Positions 50,142 to 60,333 are shown, numbered from the stretch's first letter. The stretch is 64,000 nt of DNA from Nitrosopumilus sp. (GCA_965249555.1 OZ252243.1:480001-544000), one strand, 5' to 3'. The notes: a model not told the origin generated them from the letters alone. Numbers and translations are program-made.

Positions 50142-51926
50142 TTGAAAGCAACAGAGACTGCACTACTAACATTTTTACAAGTGCCTAAACAACTTATCAT
50201 TCCAATATATCAAAGAACATACAGTTGGACTGAAAAACAATGTGAACAGTTATGGCAGGATATTATTAGAGTAGCAAAAGATGATAAAATTCCCAGTCAT
50301 TTTATTGGGTCCATAGTTTACATTGAAAAGGGATTATTTCACATAACAAATATACCTCAAATTCTTGTAATTGATGGACAACAAAGACTAACTACAATAT
50401 CATTACTTCTTGCAGCATTAAGAAAAACATTAGATAATCAAAATACAGAAATTACAAAAAAGAGAATTAATGACTATTATCTATTTAATAATGTAGAAGA
50501 AGGAGAAATTAGATACAAGCTAATTTTAACACAAAGTGATAAAATCACTCTACTTGACATACTTGAAGAAAAATCACTCCGAGAAAATTATTCTAAAAAC
50601 ATCAAAGATAATTTTGATTTTTTTGAAAAAAAAATTTCAAAAAACAGTATAGATCTGAAATTGTTATACAGAGGTATTCAAAAGCTTGTAATTGTGGATA
50701 TTGCACTTGATAGAAATCATGATGATCCGCAATTAATTTTTGAGAGTCTAAACTCTACAGGATTAAAGTTATCACAAGCTGATTTGATACGAAACTATAT
50801 TCTAAATAAATTAGAACGAGAAAAACAAGAGAATATTTACAATGATCATTGGTATCCAATGGAAGAAAGTTTTGGTCATTCAGAAGGCTCAAAAGATTTT
50901 GATAGATTCATGAGAGATTATCTAACTATAAAAACAGGACAAATACCAAATATGCGTAATGTGTATTCTAGCTTCAAAGAATATGTGTTAAAATCTAAAG
51001 AATTAATTGAAGATTTAGTATCTGATATTCATTATTTCTCAAAGTTTTTTGTCAAACTAGCTTTTGAAAAAGAGCGTGATAAAAATTTGAGAGAAATCAT
51101 TTGTAATATTAATGCACTAAAAGTTGATGTGTCTTATCCATTCTTGTTAGAAGTTTTAGTTGATTATGCTAGATTGATAATTTCTAAAGAGGATGTTCTT
51201 GAGATATTTTTAATGGTTGAAAGTTATGTTTTTAGACGTGCAATTTGTGATATTCCTACTAATTCACTAAACAAAACATTTTCCAATTTGGCTAGTGAAA
51301 TAGACAAGGATTCATATGTTCAAAGTCTTAAAGCTTCTTTTAATCTAAAAGACTCATATCGTAGATTTCCAACTGATTCAGAATTTAAAAGACAATTTGT
51401 TATTAAAAATGTGTATAATTTTCAGAATAAAAAATATCTTTTTGATAAACTAGAAAATTACAACCATAAAGAGTATTGTAATGTTGATGAATACACAATA
51501 GAACATATTATGCCTCAAACTATTACTGAAGAATGGAAGATTGAATTGGGATCAGATTGGAATAGAGTACATGATAAGTTTCTTCATACTGTTGGGAATC
51601 TTACTTTAACTGGTGACAACCTCAAACTAAGTAATAAATCATTTTCAGAGAAAAAAAAGATGAATGGGGGATTTGCACAAAGTCCAATTTTTATTAACTC
51701 AAGTCTTGTGAATATTGAATCTTGGAATGAGAATGAAATCAAAAAACGAGCAAATGATTTAGCTAAGAAAGCAACAAGTATATGGAAATTTCCGCAATTA
51801 GAATCAGATATTTTAAAAAAATACCATAAAGAAGAAGAGTATGATGTTACTAAATCTGTGAATAATATAAGACATGATGCAGCAGTCAAAGCTCATGAGA
51901 CCAGAAGAAAAAACAAATTAAATTAG
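50142..51926 (+). CDS. gmrSD: GmrSD-family type IV restriction endonuclease (DUF262 + DUF1524/HNH)
   Basis: IPIYQRTYSW, IDGQQRLTT, IFESLNSTG, TIEHIMPQ, GNLTL..N..LSNKSF. Confidence 0.92.
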   Translation: MKATETALLTFLQVPKQLIIPIYQRTYSWTEKQCEQLWQDIIRVAKDDKIPSHFIGSIVYIEKGLFHITNIPQILVIDGQQRLTTISLLLAALRKTLDNQNTEITKKRINDYYLFNNVEEGEIRYKLILTQSDKITLLDILEEKSLRENYSKNIKDNFDFFEKKISKNSIDLKLLYRGIQKLVIVDIALDRNHDDPQLIFESLNSTGLKLSQADLIRNYILNKLEREKQENIYNDHWYPMEESFGHSEGSKDFDRFMRDYLTIKTGQIPNMRNVYSSFKEYVLKSKELIEDLVSDIHYFSKFFVKLAFEKERDKNLREIICNINALKVDVSYPFLLEVLVDYARLIISKEDVLEIFLMVESYVFRRAICDIPTNSLNKTFSNLASEIDKDSYVQSLKASFNLKDSYRRFPTDSEFKRQFVIKNVYNFQNKKYLFDKLENYNHKEYCNVDEYTIEHIMPQTITEEWKIELGSDWNRVHDKFLHTVGNLTLTGDNLKLSNKSFSEKKKMNGGFAQSPIFINSSLVNIESWNENEIKKRANDLAKKATSIWKFPQLESDILKKYHKEEEYDVTKSVNNIRHDAAVKAHETRRKNKLN

Positions 51927-52294
51927 TAAACAAAACATTTGCTAAAATCAACTAGTTATTGTGATTACTGGGTTCTGATGATAAATAATATGGGACTTTA
52001 TTTTCAATTAAAACACTTTGAGCCCATACAGACTCGTTTGGGAATCCTAGGATATAGATCCAAATAACAGTTTAATAGTGATAATTAGGTATGATTTATT
52101 GAAGATGAGCCTAGTTCATTTAAATTTTTTTAACAAAATTGGCAAAAATATAAATTTCCCTATCTTAAGATCATCGATCCAAAGTGAAAATAAATTGCAG
52201 GGAATTACACTAAAATCAGATTTTAAAAAATACACAAACCACAGATTAATAAAAGTATGAAATTAATGATAGGAGTAAATATTATTAAATTATT

Positions 52295-52567
52295 ATGACG
52301 TTACAATCTGCCAAAGTTATATTGACTGGTTATGATAAACCAAAAATTAAAGAGTCTGTCAAAATGATAATAGATTATTCAAAAAAAAATAATTTACAAG
52401 TTATGAACAGTGATTCCAAAATTGAATCTAAAGCTAAATTATGGGGTTGTGAAAAAAATAATATTGAGCAAGAAATTATTTTCCTAAGTGGAACTATGGA
52501 TAATTTACAAAAAATTCTGTATGTTAAAACTAAAAATGGTATTTATCTCCAGTTATTACTCCAGTGA
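52295..52567 (+). CDS. Divergent ribosomal protein uS10-like protein with shortened loop
   Basis: QSAKVILTGYDKPKIKE..KKNNLQV and IIFLSG..LQKILYVK..GIYLQLLL resemble both halves of archaeal uS10. Confidence 0.6.
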   Translation: MTLQSAKVILTGYDKPKIKESVKMIIDYSKKNNLQVMNSDSKIESKAKLWGCEKNNIEQEIIFLSGTMDNLQKILYVKTKNGIYLQLLLQ

Positions 52568-53190
52568 GCAAATTTATTTTTATAGATATGACAAGTAATG
52601 ATCTAAATTCTTTTGACAAAAATTATTCTAAGGAAACAAATAATGCTAGGAAATTTGTCAAAAATTTAAGTCGTACTAGTGGTATTTATGCAGTGGCACA
52701 TTTTGATTTAACTGGATCAACTAAAAAAATGATCAAAAATCAAGAGAATACTATCACAGAAATGTTAACACATAATAAAATTTGTAGAAATTTAATTGAA
52801 AAAAATGGAGGAATAGTGATTAAAGAACTTGGTGATGCAATACTAGCTACATATTCAAATGCACCACAAGCTTGTCAATGTGCATTAAATGTAATTTATA
52901 ATTTTCAAAAATATGGAAAAGGTATTATCACCAAAGTAACTATAACTGCTGGCACGCTTGAAAAAATTAAGACTTCGAAAGAATTTGATATTTATGGTGT
53001 ACCTGTAAATCTTTGTAATAGAATGTCAAAATATGCATTTAAAAATTCCATTATTATTGAAGAAAAAAGATATGATGATATAAAATCATGGTTGCCTAGG
53101 GATGAAAGACTTGTATTTAGAAATCCAAAAATTGAATCATTGGATGATTTTGGATCGATTGCTATTCGTAGGATTACTCTAAAAAAATAA
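52564..53190 (+). CDS. Class III nucleotidyl (probably adenylate) cyclase
   Basis: FDLTGST, KELGDA, FDIYG.PVNLCNRM; GTGA overlap with the upstream gene. Confidence 0.88.
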   Translation: MSKFIFIDMTSNDLNSFDKNYSKETNNARKFVKNLSRTSGIYAVAHFDLTGSTKKMIKNQENTITEMLTHNKICRNLIEKNGGIVIKELGDAILATYSNAPQACQCALNVIYNFQKYGKGIITKVTITAGTLEKIKTSKEFDIYGVPVNLCNRMSKYAFKNSIIIEEKRYDDIKSWLPRDERLVFRNPKIESLDDFGSIAIRRITLKK

Positions 53191-53296
53191 TAAAAAATAA
53201 AACTTTCAAAGATATTACGTAAAATACATGCTATTTGGTTTTGGTTAGTTGCATTATTTGCATTTACCTTTGGATTTGTGCCTATATTTTTGTATG

Positions 53297-54612
53297 TATC
53301 CATGTGAATTGTTTTTATACATTTCCCACTTTTTTGCATCCCGAAGCATAGCCTTCGCTAGGGAATGCTTTCAAACAAAAGATGACGGACATGTATCCAT
53401 ACGAGGCTTGTTTCTCAATGCTATCTTCATCCCTTCGTTAGAACCTATCCGCAGTTATCAACCGAGGCCTGTCCCTCAACATACAAAACGCGACTTGCAC
53501 AGTCCTAACTGTAATTCTGTACAAATTCTCTCCTCTCTTTTAGCATCCAGTAAATCACTCGCAGAATCTGGGATGATGCAGCAACTATATCTTTTGATGA
53601 GCCTCTCTTTTTCTTAATGCGATTGTAAAATTTTGTAATGTCACTGTTCTTGTCATGTAGTGTATGGGCATGGACGCATTGGACAAGGGCCCATCGTAGT
53701 GTCATGCTTCCTCTTTTGGTTATGCTGCCGTGATGTAATCTGCAGAGTTTCTGACTGATGGCACGACTCCTGCATATGCGCATAACTTGTGAGAGTCATT
53801 GAATCTGTTAATATCTGCAATTTCTGCTGCAATAACTAGTGACGAGTAGTCACCAATTCCGGGTATTGATTTTATTATCATGGCATCAGGACTGGCCTTT
53901 ACAGCAGCATACACTCTTGAATTAATCTCTGCAATTTGCAGATTGATATGGCCTATCTGTCGTAGAAATCCATCTATGCGATAGTCACCTAGGGAGGTGA
54001 GTCTTTCGTTGTATGTTACAGTGAACGGGACCCCGGGTATCTTGATTCCCTCCTGTAACAAAATTCCATGAACAGAATTTTTGAGAGATGTCCTCCACTG
54101 AACAAGCTTTTTTCTGTATCTTACCAGTTGACGATGTTTTACTATCTTTTTGTTTGGAATATGGCATGTTGCAATGTATCCCCCACGCAAAAGATCTGCC
54201 AGTATCCTGGCATCAATCTTGTCTGTTTTTTTTGATGCAGCTATTGCCTTTGTAAGATAGGGGTTTGAAAGTGTAACATTTTTGTATCCCAATTCATCTG
54301 TAAGAAATCTATACGTGTTATACCAGACTGATGATGATTCCATGACAATATTGGCATGAATTGGTATGTCTGTAAAATGTTTCCTGATTGATTCATGAGT
54401 GTTCTCAACTTTTATGTTTTGTAATATCTTTCCGTCATTATTCATTGTTGCCACTTGAAGAAATTTCTTGTGCAAGTCAATGCCAACATACATGCCCTTG
54501 TCTTTTTTTGCCCTAATCTGTTTCTTTGAGGACGATTGATTACGACTCCTGGACCTGGGTTCATTTCCTATGCTATCTGAATTCCTTCTTTTGGTATTCA
54601 CATATAGTTATC
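53297..54612 (-). mobile_element. Full-length IS110/IS1111-type element (family A); transposase 54601-53505 frameshifted near 53730
   Basis: GIDLHK, KKTDKIDA, SIPGIG, YAGVVP, KRGS; sub-terminal IR ATTCACAT/ATGTGAAT; TATC core at both ends; ~205-bp downstream non-coding end. Confidence 0.9.
53301..53504 (-). ncRNA. Predicted bridge/seek RNA of IS110 family A
   Basis: Two parallel GAGG/CCTC-type hairpin modules adjacent to 7-mers matching the donor junction and the target. Confidence 0.65.
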
Positions 54613-54699
54613 ATTGAGCATCTGACATTTCTTTATGAATCATGAAGACATGTTTGTGTTGTTGTTAGATCCATATTATCATCAAATATTTACAAAATG

Positions 54700-54830
54700 A
54701 ACAGTTTTAGGATGAGTTGGAAAAACTATCTCTGGAATCATATGCGCCATCAGCCAGAACTTTTGTTATTTTACTGCCTATCTTTTCTGTCTTAACGTCA
54801 ACTACCCCATGAATTTTCAAGAATCTGCGT
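54700..54830 (-). pseudogene. IS5-like transposase remnant
   Basis: KITKVLADGAYDSR motif by hand translation. Confidence 0.5.
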
Positions 54831-54890
54831 CTCTGATTCCATTTCTGTTCCATCCATTAATAATCTAAAATCAGATGGTCAATCATGCAA

Positions 54891-55016
54891 TACGGTAATT
54901 AAGCGTAAAAGTTTCTCTGACTGGAGCGGACCAATCTTTGCACAGCCCTGCAGGTATGCTCAGACCGGTAAACGTTTGAATCAAACTATTGTGGGTTTGA
55001 AAGTTTAATTACCGTA
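54891..55016. mobile_element. 126-bp MITE with TA-ended inverted repeats
   Basis: TACGGTAATTAA ... TTAATTACCGTA. Confidence 0.75.
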
Positions 55017-55057
55017 CTTGTACACTATATTCCATGCAAACAGATCTTAGATGGACA

Positions 55058-55457
55058 ATGGAAGAAGTACAAGGATTTGCAAAATGGGATGCAGACCGTA
55101 AGAGTGGCAAACTAGGTGCACCCAAGCATTTCAAAACGGTAGATGAACTAGAGAGTTGGTTACATAAGCAAGACTAACCACTGGTCCGTTGATGTTCCTT
55201 CACTAGATTTTAAAAAACAGTTTGATAAATTACAGTCATCATCACAAGAAAAAATTATTCAACATTTAAAAGAACTAATTGCAATGGCTAATCCTGAAGA
55301 TCATAATTTTTCAATTGACTGTCCCAGAATACAGGGATTCAATCATGCTGTAAAATATATTCTTGATTCAAATCTGACATTGCTTGTTGCATTAGATAGG
55401 ATAGATAGCGGAGTGAAGATTGACCGCATAATTACTCTTTATTCTTGTTCTGAATAA
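55058..55457 (+). pseudogene. Degenerate antitoxin + RelE-like toxin pair
   Basis: ..KHFKTVDELESWL* overlapping a 96-codon frame (55170-55457, WSVD..FKKQFDKL..QEKII) that lacks ATG (AAG instead). Confidence 0.5.
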
Positions 55458-55473
55458 TGCTATTCTGAATCAA

Positions 55474-56552
55474 TAGCGAAGAGTCAAAGTTCGCGAACTA
55501 AAAATCATCAAAACAAAAGACTTTTTGATCACTACACACAATGAAACACATGAACAAGTTAGAACAGCTTGAAGCAGCATACAAAAAGAAAAACTCCAAA
55601 GATATAGTCAGGATGCTTGCAGTACTAATGGTTCTCAAAGAGAGTAAGGAATTAGAGTACACCACACAAACACTATACCGCTGTACAAACTGGGTACGCA
55701 AATGGGTTGATCGTTTTAACGTAGATGGCCTATATGATCACCCAAGGAGTGAAAGACCATGTGTAATCCCAAAGAAGCAAATGAATTCTATCATGTTCAA
55801 AATTATGTCGACACTATTTACACCTGTAATGCTGCAGCAGACAATATTTGATTCTACTGGAATAAAATTTCACATAACACATGTCAGAAAAATAATGCGC
55901 CAGTATGGAATGTCTGCTAAAACTGCACAAAAATATCACATCAATCATGCAAGTGCAATAGCCGTGCGCAGCTGGGCAGCAACGCATGAAAAAGAGAATT
56001 CCACGCCTAAAAAAGAGTGGATTCACCATTGCAATGCTTGATGAGGCATTCTTTGTCAGGGATGTAAAGGCAGGACGAAAATATTGCTCACCAGTTGCCA
56101 AAAGAATATTTCTCCCATATGTGGGAGACCATGAGAGTTTGGCAGTGTATGGAACAGTTACAATCAATGGAGACCAACTGTTTAGAATTTATAAAAAATT
56201 CAACGGTATAACATTTGTAGAATATCTAAAAGAGATACACTACAAATATGGTAAAATTGCGTTGATACTTGACAGGGCATCAGTGCACAAATCAAAGAAG
56301 GTCAAGGACTTTTTGACAGATAATCCAGATGTTAAACTGATTTGGCTACCAAAAGGATCCACCATATCTAAACATGATAGAGCAGTGTTGGAAAATAAGC
56401 ATGTGTTGTTGGTATCAGAATATTATGCAACGTTTACAATAATGAATAATTTAGTGTCACAATACTTTGGAACAAAAAAATTCAAACTTGATGTTGTTAA
56501 TTATATTTTTAGAAATCCTGCAAAGATGTTCACGAACTTTTGATCGTCGCTA
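55474..56552 (+). mobile_element. IS630-family element (two frameshifted ORFs 55541-56041 and 55986-56543)
   Basis: HTH ORF plus DEAFF..LILDRASVH..WLPKGS; imperfect TIR TAGCGA..AAAGTTCG.GAAC; TA at the right end. Confidence 0.88.
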
Positions 56553-56651
56553 TACATGTCCGTCATCTTTTGTTTGAAAGCATTCTCCAGCGAAAGCTAT
56601 GCCTTGGGATGTAAAAAAGTGGGAAATGTTTAAAAACAATTCACATGGATA
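56553..56651 (+). mobile_element. IS110 family A right-end fragment
   Basis: Reverse complement of ~53297-53395. Confidence 0.88.
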
Positions 56652-56951
56652 CATACGTTTACTATCTCTTATCATGCAACTAAACCACCATGTTATCTGT
56701 CAGATGTATTATACGGGTGCAGTAGAATCTGGTCTGATTAATCCAAAAAGTACAAAAATTTAATAAATTATGATATCATTTGTCATATTTATGAACAGGC
56801 TAGACAGGGAAATAATGTGAAACCATCCCACCAGATATTTTCACAAAATACCCTCGGGATTTGTTTGGTACTTTTCATTTGATGCCTGTTCAGGTTCTCC
56901 CATATCATTTAAAATTGATTATAATCCATTGATTCAAAGAAAATATTTTGA

Positions 56952-57173
56952 TTATATGTTATTCAGATTATGCCGTCTTATCCACCAAACCCAAACAGCA
57001 AGCAAACCAATTCCAGTCGCTAAGATAAATACTAAATTTACTATTCCATCATAAATTTTAATTTCACCTAAAATAAAAATACCACCAACTACTACTCCCG
57101 AAATAGTTATCAAACAACTAAAAATCCATGTATAACAAGCGGACCCAAAAGTTTTGAGAATTGGAACTTTCAT
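56952..57173 (-). CDS. Small membrane protein (2 TM)
   Basis: Two hydrophobic stretches; ATGA overlap with the upstream ORF. Confidence 0.55.
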   Translation of the reverse strand: MKVPILKTFGSACYTWIFSCLITISGVVVGGIFILGEIKIYDGIVNLVFILATGIGLLAVWVWWIRRHNLNNI

Positions 57174-57502
57174 TTTAACAACTCTCTAATCTGTTTGATT
57201 ATCATAGGAATCCCAACAAGTGGCATTAAATTTGCAGGAAAAGGAAAAAACAAACCACCAACCAAAGCAAAAATACCCAAACCTATTGACAGATAAATTC
57301 TCTCATTTTTTGGAATGGCATCTGATGTTTCTGATTCCATCGTTTTGTTTTCATCATTAAAAGGCGTGACAAAATTTCTAAATAGTGTCACCGTTTCCTG
57401 ATTATATATCACAAAACCCTTGCGTAATTGTATCATTTTATTTTCAGCCAAAATAAATTTGGGTTTAAAAATAATTTTATTTGAAAAAATATTTAATAGC
57501 AC
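57170..57502 (-). CDS. Small membrane protein (true start probably internal)
   Basis: C-terminal hydrophobic hairpin. Confidence 0.45.
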   Translation of the reverse strand: MLLNIFSNKIIFKPKFILAENKMIQLRKGFVIYNQETVTLFRNFVTPFNDENKTMESETSDAIPKNERIYLSIGLGIFALVGGLFFPFPANLMPLVGIPMIIKQIRELLK

Positions 57503-57609
57503 ATTATGTTCTTTAATTCCATAGTTTTGATTTTCATGATAAACAAGTTTGTTTACAGTCTTTACCTATTTTTTTAAAGGTAAAATCAAATTTTTGACTT
57601 GATTTTATT

Positions 57610-57918
57610 TCATACATTTTGAATAAGTTTTGCTTTGTTCTCATCAATTAATGCCAATAATGATTTATCAAATTCAGAACGTAAAGAAAATTGTTGTTTA
57701 AGTTCTAATTCTAAATTTATTAAGTTACTCAAGCCACATTTTCCCAGATCGTATTTTATTTTGTTATTATCCAATTTCTCATATTCTAATTTCACACCAA
57801 ATTTTTTAAATAAAACAATAGATTCATCTAACAATGGAATCATCTTACTAATGAATAATTTTTGAAGTTCCACGGAATTTTCTTGTGCGCCCATAACTAT
57901 ACCAGGATTATTAATCAT
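57610..57918 (-). CDS. Hypothetical protein
   Basis: 102-aa ORF with TTTATAAA upstream. Confidence 0.45.
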   Translation of the reverse strand: MINNPGIVMGAQENSVELQKLFISKMIPLLDESIVLFKKFGVKLEYEKLDNNKIKYDLGKCGLSNLINLELELKQQFSLRSEFDKSLLALIDENKAKLIQNV

Positions 57919-58056
57919 ATTATCAAATCAGATATATAATATTTATAAATTTATGCAAGTTCTGGAACGTCATCATGATATTTCAAATCCTTCTTCAGGT
58001 GTTTTGAACCAATTTCCATATTCTCAAGATCGTAGAACTGTGAAAAGCCCACATGA

Positions 58057-58888
58057 CTCTGGTCAATCCTAGTGATCTAGCATAGATAGTGGTCAGAAGT
58101 GACAAATATGGATCTTCTCAAGATTGCCCAAACCCTTTTGAAATCATTCTCCATGTAACTTCTTGGATACTCCATTAATTTTGGTATATCCCAAGACAGA
58201 ATGGCAATGGATGCATATCTTGATACCATAGATATGACGCAAAAACAGATCAACACAATTGAGATAAAGATTGCAGTAATGAGGATGAGAAAACAAGACT
58301 ACTAATGATCATTCCTGGAATAAACTATGTCACGGCATTGACAATAATTTCAGAGATAGTTGACATCAGCAGATTTGCAACAGCAGAAAAACTAGTCTCA
58401 TATGCAGGACTTGCACCATCGCACAGTAATGCAGATGTGCACCGAGGAGGCGGAATAACAAAGAGGGGTTCTGCATGGTTACGTAACGCAATGGTAGAGG
58501 CTGCAAATACTATAGTACGATTTGATGAAAGAATGGGATCATTCTATTTCAGAATTGCAAAGAGAAGAAAACAAAGGTGGCAGCTGCAAGGCCGGATGCT
58601 TGCAATAATCCGGGTACATGCTAACTCTGAAAGTGTATCGTACACAAAATCATGAACTGACACAGCGAAAGTATAAGATGCAAGGCATATCTGAGATGTC
58701 CTGATTCAGCAAAGCACGCTAGTAAGTGTCCTCAGTAGGGTTGGAGACGATTTCGTATGGGAGTATTCAAGAATTTTTTATATCACTTCTGACCAGGGGT
58801 TTTTTCAAGGGGGTCGGGCAATCTTGAGAAGATCCATATTTGTCACTTCTGACCACTATCTATGCTAGATCACCAGAACTGACCAGAG
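58057..58888. repeat. 73-bp inverted repeat pair (58057-58129 / 58816-58888)
   Basis: CTCTGGTCA..GTGATCTAGCATAGATAGTGGTCAGAAGTGACAAATATGGATCTTCTCAAGATTGCCC and its reverse complement. Confidence 0.9.
58198..58763 (+). mobile_element. IS110 family B 3' fragment
   Basis: IPGINYVTA..YAGLAP..KRGS; near-identical to ~61071-61643. Confidence 0.88.
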
Positions 58889-59020
58889 CCACCAGCGGCC
58901 GGCGGATTTCGGTGATCAGACCACTATTTCGCACCAGAGTCACACAATAGAAATAATGATCAGAATTTATTTTTTTGAATAAAACACGTAATTAGGGATT
59001 ATTCGTTTAGATATTTGAGA

Positions 59021-59314
59021 TTAGGATTTGTTATCTCTACCATAGAGAGTTTTATGGTCGTCTAAATCTATCAAATGTATAACATGCTCATCATGACTGA
59101 TAGAAAAAATCAAAGTATGTGACTTTGTAAGATGACGTCCAAAACAATTTTTATATCTTCCATGTTTTCTAGTCCCTAATTTTGATGGATTTTCATTATC
59201 ATTTAATAATTTTACATCATTCATAAAAGAGTGAAAATTACCTAAGAGCTGTTTGTTTGACTTGAATTTTCTTAATCTAGTGTCTATTACTGACTCTTGG
59301 GCAACATCCCACAT
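59021..59314 (-). CDS. RelE/YafQ-like toxin
   Basis: NP.KLG..KHG....TLIFSI....IHLIDLDDHKTLY; follows the Panacea-like gene. Confidence 0.55.
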   Translation of the reverse strand: MWDVAQESVIDTRLRKFKSNKQLLGNFHSFMNDVKLLNDNENPSKLGTRKHGRYKNCFGRHLTKSHTLIFSISHDEHVIHLIDLDDHKTLYGRDNKS

Positions 59315-59322
59315 AACACATT

Positions 59323-60333
59323 CTAATTAGTGATTTTATGTACATGTTCTAAATATTCATCCGGGGTGTATTTTTTCAAATGTTTTGTGTTTAATGATTG
59401 TAATTCTTTATCTAATTCTGAATTGAATTTGATATTGTTTTGAGTTAATTTAAAAACTGAATTAGAAAATAGGTTTATATTTTTTTCAAGTTTAGTTATC
59501 TCTTCAGAATATTTATCGTTCCATGATTCTTCATATTGATTATAGAATTCATCATGTTCTTCTATTCGTATACCGTATGAAAATACATTCCAAATATCAT
59601 CATATAATTCTCTTGCATTTTGTAGCAACTTTTTTTCATTTTTATTATAATCTGACTTTATATCAAGTAATTCATAAAATGCTTTTGAAAAATCATTAAA
59701 AATACATCTAAACTGGAAAAACAATTCTGTTTTTGGTAAATCGATGATTGCTTCACTTAGAAATTCATCAACATCTGTTTTTTTGTATCGATTTTTTAAT
59801 GAAATTTTTCTAGAATCCAAGATATAACTACAAAAATTATCAAATTTGTTTCTAAAATCAATATTATATGATATGTAAAATTTTGTCGGTGCATACTTGG
59901 AATAGATATCATTTATCAAATTATTCATATTAACAAACTGCTTTACTTTGTTGGCAATTATCGTTCTAGATTCCTCTATATCATCAGTGACATCAACTAG
60001 TCGTTTTCTTAGGTGTCCTTCAGAATATTTGTAGATTTCCAATTGTGAATTATCTACAAATTGTATTTGATTGTCTTTCATATCTTCAAAATTATCATAA
60101 AACACTTGAGAGAAAGGCCCATTTTTGTACCAGTAATATGCTAATTTATACTTGATAGTGTTATTCTGTGACAATTCCATTTTTACCAGATATAGTATTT
60201 TTAGTATCTGTTTTTTGCTAAGATTTATTCTTCCTTTTTTAGAAAAATTATGAAAAACAAGTCGGATTAATTCCTTGATAACGGGGTCAACACTACCTTT
60301 TGTTATTATCATTACTATACATATACACGACAA
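59323..60333 (-). CDS. Panacea/SocA (DUF4065)-like antitoxin with long C-terminal extension
   Basis: KQILKILYL..YYWYKNGPFS..IYSKY. Confidence 0.6.
   Translation of the reverse strand: MSCICIVMIITKGSVDPVIKELIRLVFHNFSKKGRINLSKKQILKILYLVKMELSQNNTIKYKLAYYWYKNGPFSQVFYDNFEDMKDNQIQFVDNSQLEIYKYSEGHLRKRLVDVTDDIEESRTIIANKVKQFVNMNNLINDIYSKYAPTKFYISYNIDFRNKFDNFCSYILDSRKISLKNRYKKTDVDEFLSEAIIDLPKTELFFQFRCIFNDFSKAFYELLDIKSDYNKNEKKLLQNARELYDDIWNVFSYGIRIEEHDEFYNQYEESWNDKYSEEITKLEKNINLFSNSVFKLTQNNIKFNSELDKELQSLNTKHLKKYTPDEYLEHVHKITN

Noticed and set aside
52564-53190. Canonical Pycsar or CBASS
   Set aside because: Cyclase has adenine-type specificity residues and is not a CD-NTase; no recognisable cNMP-binding TIR or multi-TM effector
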